From an uncultured Bacilli bacterium (lineage in GTDB: Bacteria; Bacillota_I; Bacilli_A; RF39; UBA660), in assembly GCA_944358625.1 (NCBI GenBank), contig CALVRL010000002.1, forward strand, positions 1-45,801: DNA of 45,801 nucleotides, given 5' to 3'. Position 1 is the first letter of the stretch, and each line of letters begins with the position of its first letter. This document shows positions 10,032-18,590 of the stretch, piece by piece. Made by a program: the position numbers and the translations under genes. The notes under the pieces are model-generated. The model worked only from the letters and a program-made list of their open reading frames with translations. It was not told the origin of the DNA and searched no databases.

Positions 10032-11216
10032 TTATTTATTTTCTGGTGAAGTATTAAAAATATCTTGTGTAACTGTTTGATTTGGTGTTTCTTTAGTTTC
10101 TTCTAATGTTTCTATTTCATTTGAATTACTATTATCTTCGTTTAAACTTGGAATTGTTTGAGTATTTATATTATTTTCTACATTTGCTTGAATGTCTTCA
10201 GTATTTACATTATTCTCCGTGTTTGTTTGAATACTTTCTTTGTTTGTATTATCTTCATCTAAATTTGAAATTGTTTGAATATCTACATTTGCTTGGTTAC
10301 TAGGTGTGTTATTTATAGTGCTTTGGATATCTGTACTTCCTTGTATATTTTGATTATTCAATGGTTCTTCTTTATTTATTGTCTCTACTGGCATTTCGTT
10401 TGGAATATTTGGTTCAATAACTGAATCATTTACTAAAACTGGTGTAACTTCTTTAGAATTTGGTTTCTTTTTGTTCATTATAATAATTACTATAATTATA
10501 ATAACCAGTACTCCTATAATACCTACTGTTAAATAAATATTATCCATGTTATATAATTCAAACTCAAATTCAATATTTTGAAGATTTTGATCCATTAAAT
10601 TCCATTCTAATTTTTTTCCTTCATTTTCAGTAGTTGTTGCATTGCTGTTTATAGGTTTATTTGGTAAATTAACTGTGAATGTTAAATCCATACTTGATGT
10701 AAGCATAGATAAGTCCGTATCACCAAATATATTAGATGAACTACTGTAATCACTTGATGAATCACCATATAAGCTTCCTAAATCCATTTCATCTTCCATT
10801 TCAGTTGCGGTATTGTTTTGCATTTTTACGGAATATGTGTTTTTGAATAATCCTTTTTTAACGGTAAATACTTTGGCTTCTTCACCATCTAACAATTTTT
10901 CTAAATCAAATATAGTTTCTTTTTCATCACTGATATTATCGATGTTTGAAAAACCTTTTGTAAATTTGTAACCTGTCATTGAACCATCAGAATAATTTTC
11001 TACTTTAAATCCGCTTTCTTCTGCTTGTTTTAAATCACTTTCATCTAATGCTGTATCTGTCCCACTTTGATTCATCAAACTATTTGCAAAAGCAACTACA
11101 TATGATAAATTCATACTCTTATCTTTGTTGATACTCATATCAACATTTAACTTCATACAACCTGATGTCATAAATATAATTAACATAAGACATAAAACTT
11201 TAAAACTTCTTTTCAC
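10032..11216 (-). CDS. putative lipoprotein with C-terminal TM helix and N/T/Q-rich repetitive tail
   Basis: The long ORF (to 11333) overlaps nrdG. GGAGGA plus 5 nt precedes GTG at 11216, giving (M)KRSFKVLCLMLIIFMTSGC, a signal peptide with a lipobox-like SGC. A late TM (LTVGIIGVLVIIIIVIIIM) is followed by a low-complexity tail. Confidence 0.6.
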   Translation of the reverse strand: MKRSFKVLCLMLIIFMTSGCMKLNVDMSINKDKSMNLSYVVAFANSLMNQSGTDTALDESDLKQAEESGFKVENYSDGSMTGYKFTKGFSNIDNISDEKETIFDLEKLLDGEEAKVFTVKKGLFKNTYSVKMQNNTATEMEDEMDLGSLYGDSSSDYSSSSNIFGDTDLSMLTSSMDLTFTVNLPNKPINSNATTTENEGKKLEWNLMDQNLQNIEFEFELYNMDNIYLTVGIIGVLVIIIIVIIIMNKKKPNSKEVTPVLVNDSVIEPNIPNEMPVETINKEEPLNNQNIQGSTDIQSTINNTPSNQANVDIQTISNLDEDNTNKESIQTNTENNVNTEDIQANVENNINTQTIPSLNEDNSNSNEIETLEETKETPNQTVTQDIFNTSPENK

Positions 11217-11298
11217 TTTATCCTCCCCTACTTTCATATTAAGAATATCAAATTGTTTTTTTACTGTCAATGAAAAAGAAAATAGTTTTTCTATTTTC

Positions 11299-11850
11299 TT
11301 ATATGTATACATGTTTTTCTCTTGGCACTTCAATAATGTGATTACGCTCTTTCATATATTTTTCTAATATTATTACTTTGTTTTCTTTTAAGCTTTGTTG
11401 AACATCTATTATTCTTTGATTTCTGGATCCTCTAAAATCTAAATTTAAACTTAATTCATCTATTTTAAATTTTCCATCAACCAAAACGTCTACATATTTT
11501 AATAAATTTAACATATCTTTAGATTTTAATACTTCTTCATATGTAAAACCTGTATAACACCATACATTTAACCCTATTTCTTTTGCATGTTTAGCAATAA
11601 TAGCACATGCTTTGGCTTGAAACATTGGATCACCACCTGATAGGGTAATTCCTTGCTGACCTAAAAGACTATCTAATTCTTTGTTTACTTCATCAGTACT
11701 GACAGAAAAACCGCCTTTAAAATCATGGGTTGATGGGTTGTGGCAACCTTTGCAATTATGACTACACCCTTGAGTCCAAATGACGGTTCTTATACCTGGT
11801 CCATCTACTATGCTATCTGGCTGTAAGTCACTAGCTAGGCGTATATTCAT
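11299..11850 (-). CDS. nrdG: anaerobic ribonucleoside-triphosphate reductase activating protein (radical SAM)
   Basis: 183-aa ORF. DGPGIRTVIWTQGCSHNCKGCHNP carries the NrdG-type CxxxCxxC cluster motif. It lies directly downstream of nrdD. Confidence 0.9.
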   Translation of the reverse strand: MNIRLASDLQPDSIVDGPGIRTVIWTQGCSHNCKGCHNPSTHDFKGGFSVSTDEVNKELDSLLGQQGITLSGGDPMFQAKACAIIAKHAKEIGLNVWCYTGFTYEEVLKSKDMLNLLKYVDVLVDGKFKIDELSLNLDFRGSRNQRIIDVQQSLKENKVIILEKYMKERNHIIEVPREKHVYI

Positions 11851-12017
11851 TATTTTGCAGCTTTCATAAGACCAGCAGTACTATGTTTTACACGGTCGTG
11901 CTCTTCAGCACGTTTAGCATTATTAAATCTATCTGTAGTTCCTACTAAATATCCTGTAATTCTTCTAATTCTTTCGAATTTTACTCCTTCTCCAACTTTT
12001 TTTTCGTCTGCTTTCAT
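11850..12017 (-). CDS. stand-alone glycyl-radical domain of class III RNR (55 aa)
   Basis: Not in the ORF track. ATG at 12017 is preceded by GGAGG plus 8 nt. It reads MKADEKKVGEGVKFERIRRITGYLVGTTDRFNNAKRAEEHDRVKHSTAGLMKAAK. RRITGYL is the NrdD glycyl-radical motif. Its TAA overlaps the nrdG ATG (TAATG). It is in the same frame as nrdD, 4 codons after the nrdD TAG. Confidence 0.7.
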   Translation of the reverse strand: MKADEKKVGEGVKFERIRRITGYLVGTTDRFNNAKRAEEHDRVKHSTAGLMKAAK

Positions 12018-12029
12018 TTTAATTTCCTC

Positions 12030-14327
12030 CTATCTTCCTCCACAAGTATTTAAACTTGCATTTTTTATTCTTTCCATTGGTATTCCTTCGCCATCTTTTC
12101 TTCCGCATCCTGGACAGAAGTCTCCGATTACTCCAGTATATCCGCAAACTGGGTCTCTATCTACTGGATGATTAATAGCGCCGTAGCCAATTCCGTTATC
12201 ATGCATTACTCTAATAATTTGTTCAAATGCATCTACATTCATAGCAGTATCGCCATCTAATTCTACATAAGTGATATGACCACCATTTGTAAATGCGTGA
12301 TAAGGTGCTTCTAACTGAATTTTTTTAACAGCTGAAATATTATAGTAAACTGGTACGTGGAATGAATTTGTATAATATTCTTTATCTGTAACACCTTTTA
12401 TTTTTCCATAAATTGCTTTATCTATATTTGTAAATCTTCCTGATAAGCCTTCGGCTGGTGTTGCGATTAATGAGAAGTTTAAGTTGTATTCTTTTGTATA
12501 TTCATCTGTTTTCTTTCTCATAAATCCTATTATTTTTAAGCCTAATTTTTGGGCTTCTTCACTTTCACCATGATGTTTTCCTATTAATGCTTTTAAACAT
12601 TCGGCTAGTCCAATAAATCCTATTGTAAGTGTGCCGTGTTTTAAAACTTTTCTTAATCTATCATTTGTTTTTAATTTTTCGCTATCCATCCATACTCCTT
12701 GTCCTAATAAGAATGGGAAATTGTATATTCTTTTTGAACATTGTATTTCGAATCTTTCTAGTAATTGGTCTTTGACTAAATCCATTAATTCTTCTAGTTC
12801 TTTAAAAAATCCATCTAAATCTGTTTTTCCACTTACTATACCGTGTTTGATTCCAAGTCTTGGTAAGTTAATTGAAGTAAATGATAAATTTCCTCTTCCT
12901 GGGGTAATTGGATGATCTGATGTTACGTCTGCTAAAACTCTTGTTCTACATCCCATATATCCTACTTCTGTTTCATAATCGTTTGGATCATAATATTCTA
13001 AATTGAATGGTGCATCTATGAATGAGAAGTTAGGGAATAATCTTTTGGCTGAAACTTCACAAGCTAATTTAAATAAATCATAGTTTGGATCTTCTTGATT
13101 ATAGTTAACTCCTGATTTCACTTTGAATATTGAAATTGGGAATATTGGTGTTTCGTGATTTCCAAGTCCAGCATCTGTTGCTAGTAAATAATTGTGTATT
13201 ACCATTCTTCCTTCTGGTGATGTGTCTGTTCCAAAATTGATTGATGAAAATGGTACTTGCGCTCCTGCTCTTGAATGCATTGTATTTAAGTTGTGAATAA
13301 ATGCTTCCATTGCTTGATAAGTTTGTCTATCTGTTTTTTGATAAGCTTTTTCATAAGCTTTTTTAAATAATCTTTCTAGTTGAGTTGAACCTTTTGTATA
13401 TTGTTCAAACATGCTTAAATCTATTTCTATTGTTTTTAATTTGTCTATTTCTTTGGCTATTTTATCCATATTTATATAGTACTCAAAATCTGTTAAATCT
13501 AAATAATCGTATATTGACTGTTTTAATTGTTTTTTGAATGTTGCTAGTACTCCTGGTGCCATATAGTAATCAAATGCTGGTATGGCTTGGCCACCGTGCT
13601 GATCATTTTGATTTGCTTGTATAGCTATGGCTGCTAATGCTGTATAACTCATAATATCTTTTGGTTCTCTTAAGAAACCATGTCCTGTTGAAAAGCCGTT
13701 TTTAAATAATTTTTTTATATCTATTTGACAACAAGTTGTTGTACCCATTGGTAAGAAGTCCATGTCGTGGATATGAATATCTCCACCATCATGTGCTTCG
13801 GCAAATTTTGGTTTCATTAAATATGCTTTAGCAAATTCTTTTGATACTGTTGATCCATACTGAAGCATTGTTCCCATGGCTGTATCACCATCGACATTAG
13901 CATTTTCTCTTTTAGCATTTTCTTCATATGATGATTTTAATCCTAAACTTTCTAATGCTTTTAAGAATTTATGTTGTTTCTTTTCTCCAAAGAATATTTG
14001 TCTTGAAACATTTCTTCTTTCTCTATAATCCGAAAATTCTTTATAGACATCTGGATATCCTTGTTTTTGTAATTCTGCTTCTATTAAATCTTGAATTGCT
14101 TCTATTTTTATTTTATCTTCGTTTTTATATTCTTTTTCAATGCGTTTAATAACTGCGTTGTAAACTTTATTGACGTCTTTTTCAGAATAATGTTTTTCTT
14201 CATCTTTTTCTAAACTGTCAAAAGCTTTTTTAATGGCTATAGCTATTTTTGTCCCATTCCATTCTACTTTTTTACCACTTCTTTTTATAACTGTTAAGTA
14301 GTCTAATTTTTCTTCTTCAATTGTCAT
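12030..14327 (-). CDS. nrdD: anaerobic ribonucleoside-triphosphate reductase, large polypeptide lacking the glycyl-radical tail
   Basis: 765-aa ORF with an N-terminal ATP-cone (VIKRSGKKVEWNGTKIAIAIKKAF), the class III RNR core and a Zn-ribbon region (DPVCGYTGVIGDFCPGCG). It ends ...GEGIPMERIKNASLNTCGGR-TAG without any RxxGY motif. Confidence 0.9.
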   Translation of the reverse strand: MTIEEEKLDYLTVIKRSGKKVEWNGTKIAIAIKKAFDSLEKDEEKHYSEKDVNKVYNAVIKRIEKEYKNEDKIKIEAIQDLIEAELQKQGYPDVYKEFSDYRERRNVSRQIFFGEKKQHKFLKALESLGLKSSYEENAKRENANVDGDTAMGTMLQYGSTVSKEFAKAYLMKPKFAEAHDGGDIHIHDMDFLPMGTTTCCQIDIKKLFKNGFSTGHGFLREPKDIMSYTALAAIAIQANQNDQHGGQAIPAFDYYMAPGVLATFKKQLKQSIYDYLDLTDFEYYINMDKIAKEIDKLKTIEIDLSMFEQYTKGSTQLERLFKKAYEKAYQKTDRQTYQAMEAFIHNLNTMHSRAGAQVPFSSINFGTDTSPEGRMVIHNYLLATDAGLGNHETPIFPISIFKVKSGVNYNQEDPNYDLFKLACEVSAKRLFPNFSFIDAPFNLEYYDPNDYETEVGYMGCRTRVLADVTSDHPITPGRGNLSFTSINLPRLGIKHGIVSGKTDLDGFFKELEELMDLVKDQLLERFEIQCSKRIYNFPFLLGQGVWMDSEKLKTNDRLRKVLKHGTLTIGFIGLAECLKALIGKHHGESEEAQKLGLKIIGFMRKKTDEYTKEYNLNFSLIATPAEGLSGRFTNIDKAIYGKIKGVTDKEYYTNSFHVPVYYNISAVKKIQLEAPYHAFTNGGHITYVELDGDTAMNVDAFEQIIRVMHDNGIGYGAINHPVDRDPVCGYTGVIGDFCPGCGRKDGEGIPMERIKNASLNTCGGR

Positions 14328-14354
14328 AAGTACCTCCTCATATTTTCTAAACTG

Positions 14355-14383
14355 ATTATATACCGCTATGGTGGTTTCGTCAA
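14355..14383 (-). promoter_or_regulatory. sigmaA-type promoter of nrdD
   Basis: The minus strand reads TTGACG (14383-14378), a 17-nt spacer, then TATAAT (14360-14355). It lies about 25 nt upstream of the SD GAGGAGG and the nrdD ATG. Confidence 0.55.
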
Positions 14384-14461
14384 TAGAAATGTTCGTATTT
14401 TTTTGAAAAAAATTATCGATTTTTTATAAGCCTTTTATTTTCAACATTTTTTAAAAAAATA

Positions 14462-14483
14462 AAAATGTAAACTTTTACATTTT
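14462..14483. repeat. palindrome AAAATGTAAA-CT-TTTACATTTT (copy A of a shared intergenic module)
   Basis: Read directly from the sequence. A near-identical palindrome and downstream TTTTTGATTTTTGA(A)TTTGTTAT motif recur at 25301-25360. Confidence 0.6.
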
Positions 14484-14760
14484 TTGTATTTTTTTATTTT
14501 TTTGATTTTTGAATTTGTTATTTTATGTACTTTTAACACCATTTTAGCTTTGTTTTATAAAGGTAAAATCAATTTTATTTATTTTTTTTTATTTTTTTAT
14601 TTTTTTGTTTTTTTCGTTTTTTTTGTTTTTTTATTTTTTATAATTTTTGATTTTTTTGATTTTTTTATTTTTATGTGTTTTAGAATATCAAAAGGTAAAA
14701 TGTTCGCTTTTTATGTATATTTTGTACAAACATTTCATATAATTTTTTGGGTGGTTTTCG

Positions 14761-15972
14761 ATGAAGAAAATATTAATTTTATTAATTTGTATTTTATTAA
14801 TGGGGTGTGAAGATAAAAAGAGTCTTGTAAGTTATATTAATCAAGACGAAGCTCTTATATCTATTAGTTATCCTATTACTAACATCAATGTTTTAGATGA
14901 TAAAATTACTGGGTATGTTAATCAAACTTATAGTGAATTTAAAAATATGGTCTCCAGCAATATTCCTGAACTTAATATTTCCTATACTTATAAAGAGGTC
15001 AATACCGATATTGTTAGTGTTAGTTTGCAAACTGAAATTATAACTGACAAAAGAGTTAATAAAATTAAAACTTTTACTTATAATAAATCTAATGATAAAT
15101 TTTTAACCATGGAAGATATTGTCGGTGATTTAGATGCTTTAGACTATGATATTAAAAAAGAACTTCTTATTAAATACCAAGATGCGGATATGGATTATTT
15201 AAGTAATATTAGTTATGATTATTTTACTGTAGATGATGAAAATTTAACCATCTATTTTAACCCGACTGAAATTAAAAGTAATTATGATAATTTGATATAT
15301 TTAGATATTCCTTTGAATAGTATGGACTTACTTATAGATGTTGATAAAAGTGAGGAAGAAAAGACTTACTTATCTATAAAGAAGAAAAACGTATCTTTAG
15401 ATGATAAGGTGGTGGCTTTAACTTTTGATGATGGTCCTAGTAAATATACTAATAAAATTTTAGATGTTTTGAAAAAATATGATGCTTGTGGGACTTTCTT
15501 CGTGGTTGGTAATAGGGTGAATTTTTATAAAGAGCAGTTAAAGAGAACTTTGAATGAGGGTAGTGAAATTGGAAATCATTCTTATGATCATAAACTTTTA
15601 ACTAGACTTTCTAAAGAGGAATTTCAAAGTGAGGTTAATAAAACGCAGGAGCAAATTGTAAAAGCTACTGGTTTTACTCCTACTTTGTTTAGACCTACTT
15701 ATGGGGGATATACTAATACTTTAAAGGGCTATACGGATTTGACTTTTGTTCTTTGGGATGTAGATTCTAGAGATTGGCAGGTTAAATCCAAAGATAAAAT
15801 TTTGAAAAATGTTTTACCTAATGTCAAAAGTGGTAGTATTATTTTAATGCATGATGGCCTTCCTTATGGTTTAAATGCTTTAGAGGATGTTTTAAGTGAT
15901 TTAAAAAATAAAGGTTATAAATTTGTTACTGTTAGTGAACTTTTAGAACTTAAAAAGTTAAGGGAAAGCTGA
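14761..15972 (+). CDS. polysaccharide/peptidoglycan deacetylase lipoprotein (PdaC-like: N-terminal DUF3298-like domain plus NodB domain)
   Basis: 403-aa ORF with lipoprotein signal MKKILILLICILLMGC. The C-terminal NodB motifs are VALTFDDGPS, GNHSYDH and LMHD. Confidence 0.8.
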   Translation: MKKILILLICILLMGCEDKKSLVSYINQDEALISISYPITNINVLDDKITGYVNQTYSEFKNMVSSNIPELNISYTYKEVNTDIVSVSLQTEIITDKRVNKIKTFTYNKSNDKFLTMEDIVGDLDALDYDIKKELLIKYQDADMDYLSNISYDYFTVDDENLTIYFNPTEIKSNYDNLIYLDIPLNSMDLLIDVDKSEEEKTYLSIKKKNVSLDDKVVALTFDDGPSKYTNKILDVLKKYDACGTFFVVGNRVNFYKEQLKRTLNEGSEIGNHSYDHKLLTRLSKEEFQSEVNKTQEQIVKATGFTPTLFRPTYGGYTNTLKGYTDLTFVLWDVDSRDWQVKSKDKILKNVLPNVKSGSIILMHDGLPYGLNALEDVLSDLKNKGYKFVTVSELLELKKLRES

Positions 15973-16355
15973 TGACTAATTATAATTTAGAAGAAGAAAG
16001 ACTTGTAGAAATTCAAATTGTTTTATCTACTATTTTACTTTTTTGTACTATTATTTCTATTTTTCTATCTTATAATTTTCTTTTGTCTTTGAAAAATGAA
16101 AAAACTATTTATAGTGATGAAGATAGCTATAATATTTTAATTTTTAATAGAACTGTTATGTTTATAGTGGCTTTAATTTTTATTTTAATTAATCTAAAAG
16201 ATAAATGTGTAAAGGAAAAATATGGTATAAAAGATGATTTTGCAGATTTACAAATATTAGCTAGTATTTTTAACTTTATAGCTACTTTTATTGTTTTATA
16301 TGTTGGTATTAATTCTTCTATTAATATAACTAGTGAAGAAAATCCTACTATTTAG
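15972..16355 (+). CDS. small membrane protein, unknown function
   Basis: 127-aa ORF whose ATG overlaps the upstream stop (TGATG). It has three predicted TM helices. No family recognised. Confidence 0.5.
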   Translation: MTNYNLEEERLVEIQIVLSTILLFCTIISIFLSYNFLLSLKNEKTIYSDEDSYNILIFNRTVMFIVALIFILINLKDKCVKEKYGIKDDFADLQILASIFNFIATFIVLYVGINSSINITSEENPTI

Positions 16356-16408
16356 GTCACTTTCTACAAAGACTGTCATTTTTTTTAAAAGTGTAAAGGA
16401 AAAGAAGC

Positions 16409-17962
16409 CTATTTGGCTTCTTCTGTTACTCTTGTTTCTCTAATTACAACTACTTTAATTGTTCCTGGATATTGGAGAGTTTCTTCTATTTTATTTTTAA
16501 TTTCTCTTGCTATCTTGTGGCTTTCTAAATCATCTATTTCTTCTGGTTTAACAATTACTCTAAGTTCCCTACCAGCTCCGACTGCAAATGTTTTTTCGAC
16601 TCCTTCCATATCATCTCCGATTTGTTCTAATTCTGTTAGTCTTTTGATATAGTTTTCTAATGAATCATTTCTAGCTCCTGGTCTAGAGGCTGATATGGCA
16701 TCAGCTATTGCTACTAGGGTACTGATAACGCTTGTTGCTTCTTTATCTCCATGATGTGATTCAATAGCATTAATAACTGTTTCATTTTCACCATATTTTT
16801 TAGCTAGGTTAGCTCCTATTTCAACGTGGCTTCCTTCTATTTCATGGTCTATAGCTTTACCTATATCGTGCAAAAGTCCTGCTCTTTTAGCTAGGGTTAT
16901 GTTTTCCCCTAATTCACCAGCTAAAAGTCCTGCTAAATTGGCTACTTCTATAGAATGTTTTAATGCATTTTGTCCATAACTTGTTCTAAATTGTAATTTT
17001 CCTATTGTTTCTACTAACTCTGGCTCCATTTTAGTAATTCCAAGTTCAAATAAGGCGTTGTTTCCAATTTCAATTAAATTTGCTTTCATTTCTTTTAATG
17101 TTTTATCATAGACTTCTTCTATACGACTTGGATGGATTCTTCCATCTTTAATTAGTGTTTCTAAAGTTAGTCTTGCTATTTCTCTCCTATAAGGATCAAA
17201 ACTTGATAAAACTATTGCTTCTGGAGTATCATCGATAATTAAATCTACTCCTGTTACAGCTTCTAATGTTCTGATGTTTCTACCTTCTCTACCAATGATT
17301 CTTCCTTTCATATCATCGTTTGGTAAAGTAACTACAGTTACTGTTTGCTCACCAGCAATGTCGGCGGCATATCTTTGCATTGTTCCAACTAACATTTCTT
17401 TTGAATTTTTATCTGCTTGTAGTTTTGCTTCGGCTTCACGGTCTTTAATGTATGAAGCAATTTCTAAATTCATCATGTCTTCTACTTTTTTCATAATTTG
17501 TTCTTTAGCTTGTTTTTTGGTATAACCAGCTATTTTTTCTAGTTGTTTTAATTGTTCGTTTTTTGTCTCTTCTAACTCCATTTGCTTTTCTTGTAGTTCT
17601 TTTTGCATAAGTATTAAATTATTTTCTTTGTCTTCTAACATTTGTTCACGATTTTGAAGATTTTGGTCTCTACGATCCACACTCTCTTCACGGGCTAAAA
17701 GACGTTCTTCGGAGTCTTTAATTTCTTGTTTTTTTTCTTTTGTTTCTTTTTCTAACTCATTTTTTAATCTATGGTTTTCTTCTTTAGCTTCTAAAATGCT
17801 ATCTCTTTTTAATTTATCTGCTTCTTTTTTTTTTTTTTTAATTAAATTTTGTACTTTTTTTGAAGCGTTCATTAATTTAATAGAATTTAAAATTATCATA
17901 AAGATAATACCAACAAAAAGACCAATTAGGATTAGCAATATGGAGAAAACAATATTATTCAT
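16409..17962 (-). CDS. rny: ribonuclease Y
   Basis: 517-aa ORF with an N-terminal TM, a K/E-rich coiled coil, a KH domain ([12 protein letters not shown]) and an HD domain (LLHDIGKA...ESHHGD). Confidence 0.95.
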   Translation of the reverse strand: MNNIVFSILLILIGLFVGIIFMIILNSIKLMNASKKVQNLIKKKKKEADKLKRDSILEAKEENHRLKNELEKETKEKKQEIKDSEERLLAREESVDRRDQNLQNREQMLEDKENNLILMQKELQEKQMELEETKNEQLKQLEKIAGYTKKQAKEQIMKKVEDMMNLEIASYIKDREAEAKLQADKNSKEMLVGTMQRYAADIAGEQTVTVVTLPNDDMKGRIIGREGRNIRTLEAVTGVDLIIDDTPEAIVLSSFDPYRREIARLTLETLIKDGRIHPSRIEEVYDKTLKEMKANLIEIGNNALFELGITKMEPELVETIGKLQFRTSYGQNALKHSIEVANLAGLLAGELGENITLAKRAGLLHDIGKAIDHEIEGSHVEIGANLAKKYGENETVINAIESHHGDKEATSVISTLVAIADAISASRPGARNDSLENYIKRLTELEQIGDDMEGVEKTFAVGAGRELRVIVKPEEIDDLESHKIAREIKNKIEETLQYPGTIKVVVIRETRVTEEAK

Positions 17963-18092
17963 ATTTTAACCTCCATATGGGATTTCATCCCTAAATATAT
18001 TGTAATGGGAATATGTGAAGAAGTCAAGTAAAATAATTTGTGTGTTTTATACACCACTTGCTTTAAATTTAATTTTATGTTATAGTGTATAT

Positions 18093-18219
18093 AGATGAGA
18101 AGTTTCTCATATAATAAAAAGGGAACATTCAGTTTTCCATGTTGAATGTCTAACTAATAGTTGGCCTATGGGCACTTATTCGAAGACACTTATTCTAATG
18201 AATGAGTGTCACTTTTTTA
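18093..18219 (+). ncRNA. candidate antitoxin sRNA 1 (convergent with toxin-1 mRNA); ends approximate
   Basis: Promoter TTGCTT (18058-18063), 17-nt spacer, TATAGT (18081-18086). It has a 5' hairpin ATGAGAAGTTTCTCAT and an internal hairpin CATTCAGTTTTCCATGTTGAATG. The terminator is an 11-bp stem (18185-18195 with 18200-18210) followed by T6. Its 3' end overlaps the stop codon of the minus-strand peptide ORF. Confidence 0.55.
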
Positions 18220-18301
18220 TAACAATTATTAAAAAAATAATTAGAAATAAAATGATAGAAACGAGTTTTAAAAACTTTATTATAAAAGTCTTTAAAGTCA
18301 T
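18209..18301 (-). CDS. candidate type I toxin peptide 1 (30 aa, single TM)
   Basis: AGGAGG (18316-18311) plus 9 nt precedes the ATG at 18301. It reads MTLKTFIIKFLKLVSIILFLIIFLIIVIKK then TGA. The promoter is TTGTAT (18393-18388), 17 nt, TATAAT (18370-18365). It is below the ORF-track size cutoff. Confidence 0.6.
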   Translation of the reverse strand: MTLKTFIIKFLKLVSIILFLIIFLIIVIKK

Positions 18302-18466
18302 TTTATCAAACCTCCTCTCTATAAGAGATTTGGTAGACACTCAAAACTGATATTCCCTATTTAAATTATATAATATAACTATTAGTTATACAAGAGAATG
18401 TTTTATAATTTTATTATTTGTAAAATTTAATTTGAAAATAACTTAATTTTATGTTATAGTGTATAT

Positions 18467-18582
18467 AGATGAGGAGTTTCTCATATAATAAAAAGGGAAT
18501 ACTTAACAACCCAAAGTTGAGTACTTGCCAATATTGGTTCGCACTTAATCTACGGAATGTAAATTGAGTGCTTTTTCTTTTT
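18467..18582 (+). ncRNA. candidate antitoxin sRNA 2; ends approximate
   Basis: Promoter TTGAAA (18432-18437), 17-nt spacer, TATAGT (18455-18460). It has the same 5' hairpin as sRNA 1 (ATGAGGAGTTTCTCAT). The terminator stem GCACTTAAT/ATTGAGTGC (18541-18571) is followed by TTTTTCTTTTT. The RNA ends about 9 nt before the toxin-2 stop codon. Confidence 0.55.
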
Positions 18583-18590
18583 ATAATTCA

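Noticed and set aside
10032-11333. Full-length 433-aa version of the lipoprotein ORF
   Set aside because: The first 39 codons overlap nrdG, lack an SD and precede a much better GTG start with a signal peptide.
12030-12032. In-frame TAG in nrdD as a pyrrolysine or other recoding site
   Set aside because: No pyl genes or recoding signal are visible. The downstream ORF has its own well-spaced SD and ATG, so separate initiation, or a simple nonsense mutation, is more parsimonious. The split itself is kept as a finding.
14361-14377. Partial dyad ACCACCATAGCGGT in the nrdD promoter spacer, considered as an NrdR box
   Set aside because: Only 10 of 14 positions are symmetric. It is a poor match to the A/T-rich NrdR consensus as I recall it, and I found no second box at the usual ~31-bp spacing.
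14484-14810. 108-aa Phe-rich plus-strand ORF
   Set aside because: It is a translation of the T-tract intergenic DNA. It has no SD, extreme composition, and overlaps the real start of the deacetylase gene.
18168-18350. 60-aa plus-strand ORF (and the 66-aa ORF at 18568-18768) in the rny-greA spacer
   Set aside because: They have no SD and run across a strong terminator. They are antisense to the short peptide ORFs, which do have consensus promoters and SDs. The type I TA interpretation explains the region better.
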